A stretch of 64,000 nucleotides of DNA from the NCBI GenBank assembly GCA_964016885.1, contig OZ024753.1:14756001-14820000 (forward strand). Direction: 5' to 3'. The notes under the pieces were generated by a model. The model saw only the letters and a list, made by a program, of their open reading frames with translations. It did not search any database and had not been told where the DNA came from. The translations under genes were made by a program, and so were the position numbers. Source of the DNA: Eledone cirrhosa (taxonomy: Eukaryota). Of this stretch, positions 26,272-38,781 are shown piece after piece. The number at the start of each line of letters is the position of its first letter. Within the stretch, counting starts at the first letter, position 1.

Positions 26272-29200
26272 ATCATCATCATCAACGTTTAACGTCCGTG
26301 TTCCACGCTTGCATGGGTTTGGACGGGGGTAGTCCCACTTGAGGCAAGAGTGATTGTCTTGCTCGCATAGGACTGTCTGGCAGGTTTTCTACAGTTGGAT
26401 GCCCTTCCTAACACCAACCACATTTACAGTGTGGGTCTGGGAGGTTTTTACCGTGTTGCCTACACGGCCACATTACAGCGTGGACTGTGTGTTTTTTTGT
26501 CGTGACACCTACACGATCTCATTTGTTTCGGCCTCGATGGCGCGGCACCAACATAACTTTACATAGAACGGGGTGGTGTGGATCGGGTGGGGGTGGGGGT
26601 GGTGGGACGGGGTGTATTTTGTTAGAGATGCCTACTGGCTGGAGTAGGTTTTACTATATATTTAGGTAAGGCGGGTCTTCTCTGTTACTGAGTACCGCCA
26701 AAGGTCTCGGTCCAGTGACATTGTCTTGGAGAGGTGTAAGTGTGTGATGTCGGAGTTTATCAGCTCGTCCCAGGTTTTTCTAGGTCTGCCTATTCCGTGA
26801 CTACCGTCTATCTTTATTGCCCTGCACTTTGTTATACAGCTATCGACTTTCATGCGCATCACGTGTCCATACCAACGTAGCCTTCTCTCGAGTAAACAAC
26901 ATCTGATCCCTCTTATCTCTAATTTTTTCCTTAGTTCGTTTATGCTTTGCCGTTCACGTATATTACTGTTACACATCCAGCGGAGCATGCAAGCTTCGTT
27001 CCTCTCTAGTCTGCGTATATCCTCTGCACACAATGCCCAGGTCTCACTGCCATGCAGCATTGCTGTTCGTATGCAGGCATCGTACAACCTGCCTTTCATT
27101 TTTAGTGAGAACCCTTTAGCAGCTAATAGTGGTATAAGCTCTCTGAACTTTTTCCAACCAGTTCTGACTCTAGCTACAGTACTTTCAGAGCACCCTCCCC
27201 CACTGCTGATTTTATCGCCCAGGTAACGGAAGCTGTCCACTATTTCTATAGAACCCTCTGCGCAATTGAAAGAGCTAGTAGTTTGTGGGCACTTGCTGCT
27301 ACTTATTGCACCAGAGCACCGGCCACATGTAAAATCTATGTTCTTAGTTAGCTTACCTGTGATCCCACTACATCTTTTATGCACCCATACTTTGCATTTA
27401 GGACATAAAATGGAGTTTCTACCTACGCCTTTCCTACACACCGAGCACGACCATTTCCCAGAAGGGACCGCCGCCTTGTTTTCTTTCCTACAAACTAGTA
27501 CTTTGGTCTTAGCCAGGTTAATTTTAAGTCCTTTTGACTCTAGGCCGTGCTTCCATGTTTGGAATTTCTTCTCTAGCTCGGCCATTGATTCCGCTATGAG
27601 TGTCAGGTCGTCTGCGTATAGGAGTTCCCATGGGCAGCCTGTCTTGAACTCCTCTGTTATAGCCTGAAGGGCAATAATAAATAGTAGTGGACTGAGAACA
27701 GAGCCCTGATGGACGCCAACTTTTACGCTAAACTCTTCACTATATTCGTTGTTAATTCTAACCTTGCTGACTGTTTCTTTATACATGGCTTGTATAGCCC
27801 TCACAAGCCATTCGTCAACGCCTAGTTTTCTAAGAGCCCACCAGATAATGGAGCGGGGGACTCTGTCGAAGGCTTTCTCCAAGTCGACAAAAGCTAAGTA
27901 GAGGGGTTTACCTTTAGCTAGGTACTTCTCCTGTAGTTGTCGTACTATGAAAAGAGCGTCTGTGGTACTTTTGCCTGACACAAACCCGAACTGCATTTCA
28001 TCTAGGTCAATTCTCTCTCTGATTAGTTGCGCTATTAATCTTTCCGTGACCTTCATGACCTGGTCGATTAATTTAATGCCTCTATAGTTACTCCTATCTA
28101 GGGCGTCTCCTTTACCCTTAAAACAGTTAACGATGATGCTGCTATGCCAGTCCTTCGGAACAACCCCATTCTGTACGACTTGGTTAACTATGCGGGTGAC
28201 CATGGTGTGTCCCACCGTGCCAGATGCCTTCAGCATCTCAGCAACTATTTCCGAAGGCCCAGCCGCCTTACCAGTCTTCATATCCTTGATTGCCTTACTT
28301 ATTATACTCCCCTCGACTAACACTGCTGGTCCCTCTATTGGGTCGATATGGGGGAGACTGCCTTTCTCCCAATTATTCTCCTCATTTAGAAGCCTTTCAT
28401 AGTGACACTTCCAAGCTACCTTCTTATCAGCGTCGGTGATGGCAAGTGTGCCATCGTCGTTTAGTACACACTTCTCCCCGACAATATCACGGTTTTCCTT
28501 GACGCATTGCCTAGCAATCCTGAACACCTCACGTTTTTGGTCATCGCGTTGTAGAACATGCTTGAACTTTCTTTCCTCAGCTTCCCTTCTTGCTAAGTAC
28601 ACTTGTCTCCTAGCTTCCCTCCTGGCCACTTGATAGTCCTCTCTACTTCCCCCATCCCGCCATACTTTCCAAGCCTGCTTTTTGGCCTTAATTGACCCCT
28701 CCACCTTACTGTTCCACCACCATGTTACTCTCCTCCTGCCTACAGGCCTGCTCCAGCCACAGACCTCGTCTGTCGCCAACAGCAGGTTTGCTTTCAGAAA
28801 TTCCCACTCTCCCTCTATATTGTCCGACTCTAAATGTTCTTCCTTACTGTCGAAAGCATCAAGTAATATGCTTTGAAATTTATTCCTGGCTGTGGGGTCC
28901 TTTAGCTTCCATATTTTCCTCCTGAGGATAGTCCTCTTCTGTTGTCGAGTACGTCTCGTCCTGACTATGAGGTCGCTAATTATCAGTCTATGTTGGGAGG
29001 TGCATTCTTCATGGGGGAGGGATTTAGTGTTAACAACAGACACTCTGTCACGTCTTCTGGTAAGGATATAATCTACCTGGCTTGTGTGTTCCCCGGATCT
29101 ATAGGTGATCAGGTGATTGTCACGTTTTTTGAAGTTAGTGTTACAGATAGTTAGGTTATTTGCATCACAGAATTCCAGGATTCTGGAGCCTTCCTCATTT

Positions 29201-30110
29201 CTAGTACCAAACCCATAGCCTCCATGGATTTCGTCGTAGCCGTCACAATGTTGTCCAACGTGACCATTTAGGTCGCCTGCGATAATTATATAGTCACTGT
29301 CGGATATTTGGGAGGTAGTTAGCATCAGTGTCTCATAGAATCTGTCTTTTATAGTGCCGGGCAGTCCGGATTGGGGTGCGTACGCAGATATTACTGTCAC
29401 CGTAGTTCTATTGAGGACAAGTCGTATTTTAATTATTCTGTCGTTCACTCTATTTACGTCTATTATCTTATCTGCCCACTTTTCTGCTACCATGATTCCT
29501 ACTCCACCCAGCCCATCGTCGTTTCCCACCCAGAAAAGCTTATAACAACGTTTTTTACCCTCAATGAACCTAGCAGACCCACCCCTCCACCTGGTCTCTT
29601 GAATACAACAAACATCGACCTCCTTACGTTAAAGCATTTCTACAACCTCGTTAGCGCGACCCTTTAGGGTGCCTACATTTATGGTACCAACTCTGAAGTT
29701 TTGGATTGCGTTTGGGGGTTGGGGGCGGTGAGGGGCGGGGGGCGATGGGGTTATGTTAGCCGTCCGCGGTCGAAACAATGAGGAGTGCTCGCATTCTCGT
29801 CCAAGGGGTGAATTTGTCTTTATCTTTGGCATTGTCGCTGAGCGTCCAGATTTTTCTCTCTCACCTCCACTCTCCAGGATTCCGCAGTCCATCCATCCAT
29901 CATATATCGTATATCGAAAGGCAACCAGGCAAGCGATAGTATAGGCCTCTGGTTTCTGATTGGTCCGCGTAATAATACTGGTGATGCGTGGGGGCTCTGT
30001 TTTATGATTGGTCCACGTAATAGCAATGGTGGTGTGTGGGGGTGGGAGGGAGGGGTGTTGGGTAGCTAGCAAGAAGGTAATGATCGAGTGGGGTCCATGC
30101 ATTTAACAAG
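26272..30110 (-). mobile_element. Near full-length RTE-clade LINE (family A): 5' UTR, single APE-RT ORF, 3' UTR, (GAT)n tail
   Basis: APE motifs (GTINVGTL, CIQETRW, SAYAPQ, AGDLNGHVG, VDYIL, SQHRL), a complete RT and a C-terminal region. The exact 5' end is uncertain (30100-30260). Confidence 0.96.
26662..29832 (-). pseudogene. RTE ORF (endonuclease and reverse transcriptase, ~1056 codons) broken only by an in-frame TAA at 29631-29629
   Basis: The supplied ORFs 29629-30102 and 26662-29529 are in the same frame: …EVVEML*RKEVDVCCIQETRWRGGSARFIEGKKRCYKLFWVGNDDGLGG…. A plausible ATG is at 29832 (MPKIKT). Confidence 0.9.
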
Positions 30111-30407
30111 CGATTAACAAAAATACAAAATTTGTTCTGTTAAATACGTCCAAAAACCTACGTATTTAGCACTTAATAGAAACAGAAAATGTAGTTTGTT
30201 TTAGCGATAGATTGGCTATTTGGACTTGATACGAAATATGGATTGTTTTGAAAATACGCTAGGAGAGAGAGAGAGAGAGATGAAGTCTGTACATTACGTT
30301 TACATGAATTTCGTTGGGACAGCAAGCAATGAAATGAAATTTGGCGAAGTGAATTCCTATCATATATTTATAGGGAGAGAGAGAGAGAGTATATATATAT
30401 ACACATG

Positions 30408-30473
<66 letters not shown>

Positions 30474-30527
30474 CATACATGTATATATATATATATATAA
30501 ACATACATATATACACATATATATATG

Positions 30528-30780
30528 TGGTCGTGGAGGTGCCATGGCAAAAAAGCACCCAGCCCACACTGTAAAGTGGACGTGTAGGCGCCACAAAAAA
30601 GCACGCAGCACTCACTGTAAATGAGGTTGGTGTTAGGAAGGGCATCCAGCTGTAGAAATCAAGCCAGATCAGTTCCTGTATGAGCAAGGCATGGTCAGCC
30701 GACCAGACACTGCCCACAACAGGACAACCCGTCTAACCCATGCTAGCGTGGAAGAACGGACGTAAAACGGTGATGATGAT
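30528..30780 (+). mobile_element. RTE family B 3' UTR-only insertion
   Basis: Matches the reverse complement of 16305-16565. Flanked by TA/CA microsatellite. Confidence 0.85.
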
Positions 30781-30930
30781 ATATATATACATATACATAT
30801 ATATACATATATATATATACATATATATATATATACATATATATATACATACATACATATATACATACATACATATATACATACATACATATATACATAT
30901 ATATATACATATATATATATACATATATAC

Positions 30931-30977
<47 letters not shown>

Positions 30978-31256
30978 CATACATATATATATATATATAC
31001 ATACATATATATATATATACATATACATATATACATATATATATATACATATATATATATACATATATATATATATACATATATATATATACATATACAT
31101 ATATACATATACATATATACACATATATATATACATATATATATATATACATATATATATATACATATACATATATACATATACATATATACACATATAT
31201 ATATACATATATATATATACATATATACATATATATACATATATATATACATATAC

Positions 31257-31291
<35 letters not shown>

Positions 31292-31361
31292 CATTATATA
31301 TATATATATATATATATATTTATAAGAAAAAAAGATGAAATCAAAAATGCAACTGGAGTCT

Positions 31362-31403
31362 TATTTTTACCGGTTTCGCAGCTCTTCTGCTTTTCAAAAG
31401 TAG
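31362..31403 (-). ncRNA. Hammerhead-like motif with U3-A8 core variant (family H4)
   Basis: Minus strand reads TTGAAAA-gcag(aagag)ctgc-GAAA-ccgg-TA. Stem I is weak. The downstream sequence is shared with the palindrome at 53773-53903. Confidence 0.5.
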
Positions 31404-31594
31404 AGTTGAGATGGACGGCCTGTGGTTTTTCTCACATTTTTCATATGTGTGTTTATATGTGTTTTATTGTTATTGTACCTACTTATTTATATTTCCCTTA
31501 AGTCAGCATTGTTTGTTTGGGTATGGTTGTTGTTATTCCATTCATTTTTTTCTGTTTAGCTTTGGTCTTCTTAGCTCTATCTCAGTTGTATAAA

Positions 31595-32105
31595 AAAGTT
31601 GAGAGTGAAGCTGCAGAGTAGGTAGACCCAGAAAAACCTTGGATGACATGATAAAAACTGACCTTGCTCACTTACACCTTTCTAAGAGTATGTCACTAGA
31701 TCGAGATCTTTGGCGCCATACAGTAATACAGAAGACCTGCCTTGCCCTACATACAAAGTTAAACCTACAGTCAGATGGTACCTCTTAACACAATATACAC
31801 CCCAACCCACACTCCTACTCCATCCTCCCATTTCCATCCACTATAAAGTGGTTGTGTAGGTGACATGACAAAAAGCACCCAGTGCATGCTGTAAAGTGGT
31901 TGTGTAGGAGACACGATAAAAAGGTTCCCAATCCACACCGTAAATGTGGTTGGTGTTAGGAAGGGAATCCAACCATAGAAAACCTACCAGAAGCAGTTCT
32001 ATATGAGCGAGATATGGTCACCCGACCAATCTCACTTCAAGTGGGACAAAACCGTCCCACTTGAAGCGAGATGGATTTTAAATGATGATGATGATGTTGA
32101 TGATG
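31595..32105 (+). mobile_element. Decayed RTE 3' end
   Basis: GRPRKTLDDMIK-like remnant, shared 3' UTR core and (GAT)n tail. Confidence 0.75.
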
Positions 32106-32511
32106 ATCATATATATATACAATCAGGCACATGGCTTAGTGGTTAGAGCATTGGCCTTGCAATCGAAAGGTTGTGAGTTCAATTCTCGGACCGGGTGATG
32201 TGTTGTTTCCTTGAGCAAGACACTTTATTTCACATTGCTCCAGTTTACTCAGCTGTAGAAATGAGATGATAGGGACTGGGGTCCCTATCATTCCACTGCA
32301 AAGTGGTCGTGGAGGTGCCATGGCAAAAAAGCACCCAGCCCACACTGTAAAGTGGACGTGTAGGCACCACGGAAAAAAATCACCCAGCACCCACTGTAAA
32401 TGAGGTTGGTTTTAGGCAGGGCATCCAGCTGTAGAAATCAAGCCAGAATCAGTTCCCATCCCACCCTTGCAAGCAGGGAAAAGCAGACGTAAAATGATGA
32501 TGATGATGATG

Positions 32512-32551
<40 letters not shown>

Positions 32552-32844
32552 CACACACACACAGGTGAAAGTACAAATGCAAGCCTGGGTTGGATGGGTG
32601 ATCACAGAAGAAGTCAGTATTTGATCCAAAGTACACACCTTTCAAATGGGCCAGGAGACATTATCATGCTTTGATACATTCCCACAGAAAATGATGGGCA
32701 GTGTTTGAAATCTAATAACTGAAGGTTTAAACAGATATGGCATCTCGTCTGTCACAATACAGCATTCTAGGAATTATCCACTGTCTTTGGGTTGGATGCT
32801 GCTTGATTGCCTTTGACGCCATTGATGACAATGATGCCAAGAAA

Positions 32845-33365
32845 TGGTGATGGTGCTGATGATGCTGATGTTGGTGGTGGTGGTGATGGTTTTGTTGATG
32901 GTCGTGATGGTGATGTTGGTGCTGATGGTGGTAATGGTGATGGTGGTTTTGTTGATGGTGGTGATGGTGATGTTGGTGCTGATGGTGGTAGTGGTGATGG
33001 TGATGATGGTGATGTTGGTGCTGATGGTGGTAATGGTGATGGTGGTTTTGTTGATGGTGGTGATGGTGATGTTGGTGCTGATGGTGGTAGTGGTGATGGT
33101 GATGATGGTGATGTTGGTGCTGATGGTGGTAGTGGTGATGGTTATGCTGATGCTGATGATGACTATGATGACTATGATGCTAATTATGCTACTGCTGCTG
33201 ATGATGATGATGACTATGATGCTAATTATGTTGATGCTAATGATGATGATGATGATGACTATGATGCTAATTATGCTAATGATGATGATGACTATAATGC
33301 TAATTATGTTGATGCTAATGATGACTATAATGCTAATTATGCTAATGCTGCTGCTGCTGCTGCTA
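32845..33365. repeat. Compound (GGT/GAT/GCT)n repeat with internal higher-order duplication
   Basis: Direct reading. The block gatggtgatgttggtgctgatggtgg is repeated several times. Confidence 0.9.
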
Positions 33366-33463
33366 ATATTTACACTCAAGTATCATTCAAATTTTATTGA
33401 TTAAAGTTTTGACACATCTAATTTAAATATTCATTAAGTTATTGATTAGTTAATACTGTCACA

Positions 33464-33671
33464 TTGTTGTTGTTATTGTTGTTGTTACTGTTGTTGTTGT
33501 TACTGTTGTTGTTGTTACTTTTGTTGTTACTGTTGTTGTTGTTACTGTTGTTGTTGATGTTGTTACTGTTGTTGTTACTGTTGTTGTTGTTGTTGCTGTT
33601 GTTGTTGTTAATGTTGTTGTTGTTACTGTTGTTGTTGTTGTTACTGTTGTTGTTACTGTTGTTGTTGTTGC

Positions 33672-33702
<31 letters not shown>

Positions 33703-34615
33703 ACTGTTGTTGTTGTTACTGTTGTTGTTGTTACTGTTGTTGTTGTTACTGTTGTTGTTACTGTTGTTGTTACTGTTGTTGTTGTTACTGTTGTTGTTAC
33801 TGTTGTTGTTACTGTTGTTGTTGTTACTGTTGTTGTTACTGTTGTTGTTACTGTTGTTGTTGTTACTGTTGTTGTTACTGTTGTTGTTGTTACTGTTGTT
33901 GTTACTGTTGTTGTTACTGTTGTTGTTGTTACTGTTGTTGTTGTTACTGTTGTTGTTGTTACTGTTGTTACTGTTGTTGCTGTTGTTGTTGCTGTTGTTG
34001 TTGTTACTGTTGTTGTTGTTACTGTTGTTGTTACTGTTGTTGTTGTTGTTACTGTTGTTGTTGTTACTGTTGTTGTTACTGCTGTTGTTACTGTTGTTGT
34101 TGTTACTGTTGTTACTGTTGTTGTTGTTGTTACTGTTGTTGTTACTGTTGTTGCTATTGTTGTTGTTGTTACTGTTGTTGTTGTTGTTACTGTTGTTGTT
34201 GCTATTGCTGTTGTTGCTATTGTTGTTGTTGTTACTGTTGTTACTGTTGTTGTTGCTATTGTTGTTACTGTTGTTGTTGCTATTGTTGTTGTTGTTACTG
34301 TTGTTGTTGTTGTTACTGTTGTTGCTATTGTTTTTGTTACTGTTGTTGTTGTTACTGTTGTTGCTACTGTTGTTGTTACTGTTGTTGTTGTTACTGTTGT
34401 TGTTACTGTTGTTGTTGTTACTGTTGTTGCTACTGTTGTTGTTGTTACTGTTGTTGTTGCTATTGTTGTTGTTACTGTTGTTGTTGTTACTGTTGTTGTT
34501 GCTATTGTTGTTGTTGTTACTGTTGTTACTGTTGTTGTTGCTATTGTTGTTGTTGTTACTGTTGTTGTTGCTATTGTTGTTGTTGTTACTGTTGTTACTG
34601 TTGTTGTTGTTGTTA
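33464..34615. repeat. ~1.15 kb (GTT)n microsatellite punctuated by ACT/GCT
   Basis: Direct reading. It is the source of the poly-N and poly-L pseudo-ORFs. Confidence 0.97.
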
Positions 34616-35238
34616 GTCCTTGCCTTTCCCCTGAACAACATCAGTGTCATGGAGAGAAAATGAGGAAGGTTTGCTACATGGGAAATTGATGGTCTTCCAT
34701 AAAAACATGGAACTTTCCAGAGAATGCAGTTTACATGGTGAACCCTAACAGACAGAGGTCTTAAAAATACATTCATCATCATCATCATTAATGTAGTGGA
34801 TTGGCAGTATTGGTAGAGAGTCAGACACCATGCTTTGCAGCATAGAGTTATGGCCTTTTACGTTCTGAGTTTCCCCTTCTCCCAAATTGCTAGCCTTCTG
34901 CCTATACTAGAAATCATTAATATTATTATTATTAATATTATTATTATTATTCAAATCCCACCGAGGTTAACTTTGCCTTTCGTCCTTACGGGGTCGATAA
35001 AATAAAGTACCAGTAATGCACTGGGGTAACTGCTGGCCTTGTGCCAAAAGTAGAAATAATTATTAACATCATCATCCTTAATGTCCGTGTTTCTATACTA
35101 GCATGGGTTGGCTGAGTCATTAAAGATTAAGTAAGAACCTAATTGGAGTTACTGTTCTTTCAGATGGGCTGAATAACACATACATTCTGATTTAGACATG
35201 GTTTTAGTTTCCATAGATGTTCTTTCTAACACCAACCC

Positions 35239-35945
35239 CTTTACAGAGTGTACTGGGTGTATTTTATCTTGGCATCAGAACTGGGGAGGTTTTTGGTCCT
35301 AGATAAAGCTGAAAAGACTTCATAATTATTTGTCCAGCATAGTTTCTATGGCTGGATGACCTTCTTAACACTAGCGACTTTACAGAGTGTACTGGGTGTA
35401 TTTTATCTTGGCATCCATCAGAACTGGGGAGGTTTTGGGATCCTAGATAAAGCTTAAAAGACTTCATAATTATTTGTCCAGCATAGTTTCTATGGCCGGA
35501 TGACCTTCTTAACACTAGACACTTTACAGAGTGTACTGGGTGTATTTTATCTTGGCATCCATCAGAACTGGGGAGGTTTTGGGTCCTAGATAAAGCTTAA
35601 AAGACTTCATAATTCTTTGTCCAGCAAGATTTCTATGGCTGGATGACCTTCTTAACACTAGCTACTTTACAGAGTGTACTGGGTGTATTTTATCTTGGCA
35701 TCAGAACTGGGGAGGTTTTTGGGTCCTAGATAAAGCTTTAGACTTCATAATTCTTTGTCCAGCATAGTTTCTATGGCTGGATGACCTTCTTAACACTAAC
35801 CACTTTACAGAGTGTACTGGGTGTATTTTATCTTGGCATCAGAACTGGGGAGGTTTTTGGGTCCTAGATAAAGCTTTAGACTTCATAATTCTTTGTCCAG
35901 CATAGTTTCTATGGCTGGATGACCTTCTTAACACTAACCACTTTA
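35239..35945. repeat. Five tandem copies of a ~138-144 bp unit containing the RTE 3' UTR core
   Basis: ctttacagagtgtactgggtgtattttatcttggcatc recurs at ~35239, 35378, 35522, 35665 and 35803. Each unit ends in tttctatggctggatgaccttcttaacacta. Confidence 0.9.
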
Positions 35946-36003
35946 GAGTGGAGCAACAATAAATATTAAAAACGCCACAAAAAACACGAAGTAATTACAA
36001 TTA

Positions 36004-36710
36004 GTGTGGTGGTGGTTGTTGTTGGTGTTGTTGTTGGTGTTGTTGTTGTTATTGGTGTTGTTGTTGGTGGTGTTGTGGTTGTTGTTATTGGTGTTGTTGG
36101 TGGTGTTGTGGTTGTTGTTATTGGTGTTGTTGTTGGTGGTGTTGTGGTTGTTGTTATTGGTGTTGTTGTTGTTGGTGGTGTTGTTGTTATTGGTGGTGTT
36201 GTTGTTGTTGTTGGTGGTGTTGTGGTTGTTGTTATTGGTGGTGTTGTTGTTGTTGGTGGTGTTGTGGTTGTTGTTGGTGGTATTGTGGTTGTTGGTGGTG
36301 GTGTTGTGGTTGTTGGTGGTGGTGTGGTTGTTGGTGGTGGTGTGGTTGTTGGTGGTGGTGTGGTTGTTGGTGGTGTTGTGGTTGTTGTTGTTGTTGGTGG
36401 TGTTGTTGTTGTTGGTGGTGGTGTTGTTGGTGGTGTTGTGGTTGTTGTTATTGGTGGTGTTGTGGTTGTTGGTGGTGTTGTGGTTGTTGGTGGTGGTGTT
36501 GTGGTTGTTGGTGGTGGTGTTGTGGTTGTTGTTATTGGTGTTGCGGTTGTTGTTATTGGTGTGGTTGTGGTTGGTGGTGTTGTGGTTGTTATTGGTGTTG
36601 TGGTTGTTGTTATTGGTGTTGTGGTTGTTGTTATTGGTGTTGTGGTTGTTGTTGGTGTTGTAGTTGTTGTTATTGGTGTTGTGGTTGTTGTTGGTGGTGT
36701 TGTGGTTGTT
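36004..36710. repeat. (GTT/GGT/GTG)n compound microsatellite
   Basis: Direct reading. Confidence 0.95.
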
Positions 36711-36889
36711 TTTATACATCTCACATGAACTGATAAAAGTACATCTCAACCCATCTATGTGAATTTAATTCACTGAAAAGGATTGAGAACTAATTAAAAA
36801 TAATTAGGCTATGACACACAGATAAGTTTAACTTAAAGAAAAAGTAAGGAATTTCTAATACACCATACGATACACACACACACATATGA

Positions 36890-36921
<32 letters not shown>

Positions 36922-37035
36922 ATATATATAAGCAAAGGGATATTTAATTTGTTGGTAATTCAACAAATATATATATAAAACTTGAACCGTTAAGGTCTCA
37001 TTCCTGGATATGTCAATATTTATAAAACAAATTTT

Positions 37036-37097
37036 GTATTTTATCTGATGAGGGCGTACCTAAGTTTTGGTACCCTTGAAGTATATATAATAGAATA
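37036..37097 (+). ncRNA. Hammerhead motif (family H1) with GAAA mutated to GAAG
   Basis: gtattttat-CTGATGA-gggcgtacc…ggtaccctt-GAAG-tatata-TA-atagaata. Element 36979-37138 is nearly identical to 20160-20318. Confidence 0.7.
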
Positions 37098-38388
37098 AAT
37101 ATAGTTTTATAAATATAGTTTCCATTTATTAATATCATTGTATATATATAACCCATATATATCATTCATATATATATAACCATGCTAGCCTGGAAGATGG
37201 ATGTTAAACGAAGGTGATGATGATGATATATATATATATATATACAGGTAAAATTCTGTTACAATGAATACCATTATAATGAATTTTTCTGTATAACAAA
37301 AATTTTTTCACTCTCCAGCCACATCTTGTTATAAAGAATTTTTTGTTACAATGAATTTTTTTTAACACCCTCTACGATATACATACATTATATATATATA
37401 TATGTCTGTAAAAGGTAAACAAAAATAACAACACAATCGGTACAGTACGTGGAAGGAATATATCCTTGGAGAGAAAGAGAGAAAGCGATAAACGAAAATG
37501 TGAACACATTTATATATCTATATGTATGTAGACCATGTTCTCTTGTACCATATTCTTATTATTATACACGTTAACTTCATTATACATTTTATTATACATT
37601 TCTGTAGCATGAAGAAGCCTACAACCTTTGGCTGAAACCAGTACAATAAATTCCTTTTATGTAAATAAATGTTTTGCTGTTATTCTATGAGAAAATCCCA
37701 TCAGCATTTTCTACTGTTTTTTCTTATTTTACTAATATATATCAACTTGTGTGTCACTTCTCAACATTCCAAATATATATATATGGAGGCACATGGCTTA
37801 GTGGTTAGAGCATTGGCCTTGCAATCGAAAGGTTGTGAGTTCAATTCTCAGACCGGGTGATGTGTTGTGTCCTTGAGCAAGATACTTTATTTCACATTGC
37901 TCCAGTTAACTCAGCTGTAGAAATGAGATGATAGGGACTGGGGTCCCTATCATTCCACTGTAAAGTGGACGTGTAGGTGCCACGGAAAAAAAGCACCCAG
38001 CACTCACTGTAAATGAGGTTGGTGTTAGGAAGGGCATCCAGCTGTAGAAATCAAGCCAGAGTCAGTTCCCATCCCACCCTTGCAAGCAGGGAAAAGCGGA
38101 CATAAAATGATGATGATGATGATTATATATATATATAAATATATATAGTAGGAGACTAGGAGCTTCAGGATATACATTAACCCACCTGGACCAGGTATGG
38201 ATTATTATTCAATTCTCATAGAGAGTATGTAACTCCTTAATTCAAAAGCTACAAATGGCCATGATATCTGTAGCCTTTAAAATCTATACAACCTTCTTAA
38301 GAATCAAGGGATGAGTGGTTGCACAAGGGGTGATGGAAATTGGGTTTTCTTTACAACCTGTCCACTGAGAAGGTGACCATTTAAAATA

Positions 38389-38781
38389 CGAGGGTAATCC
38401 CAAAAGTAAGGTCTCCAAAGCGATGGGGACACAGAGAAACTGTTTGTACGGTTGTTGGCAACACTGTTGTGATTGGTGCTTCCTTCGCTCCCAAACAAGC
38501 ATGCGCGCGCTTCGCTGGGATGCTCAATCTTGGCTTGGCAGCTGTTGAGAATGGAGCTCCTGTTGAACACTACCGCCAAGTGCGAATTTCGGCAGTTATT
38601 ATATACGAGGGCAATCCCAAAAGTAAGGTCTCCTTCTGAGGAAAACATGCGTAAAGATCGGCGGATCACTCTGGATGCTCTCTGGATTTTGGTTCCTGAG
38701 GTTTCCCGAAGCACCATCCACAAGATTTTAATGGAAAAGTTGCAATATCGGAAGGAGACCTTACTTTTGGGATTGCCCTCG
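38389..38781 (+). mobile_element. Internally deleted mariner element with a second, internal left TIR at 38606
   Basis: TA-flanked TIRs cgagggtaatcccaaaagtaaggtctcc / ggagaccttacttttgggattgccctcg. Transposase remnants ME…TAKCEFR and RKDRRITLD…VSRSTIHKILMEKLQYRK. Confidence 0.85.

Noticed and set aside
29629-29631. Stop codon rescued by A-to-I editing
   Set aside because: UAA would need both adenosines edited to give UGG, and nothing in the sequence supports this. A simple point mutation is more parsimonious.
33439-36749. Long ORFs of poly-N, poly-L, poly-T/P and poly-V/G (also 12648-13178 and 32774-33404)
   Set aside because: Translations of trinucleotide microsatellites, open on both strands, with no splice or domain context.
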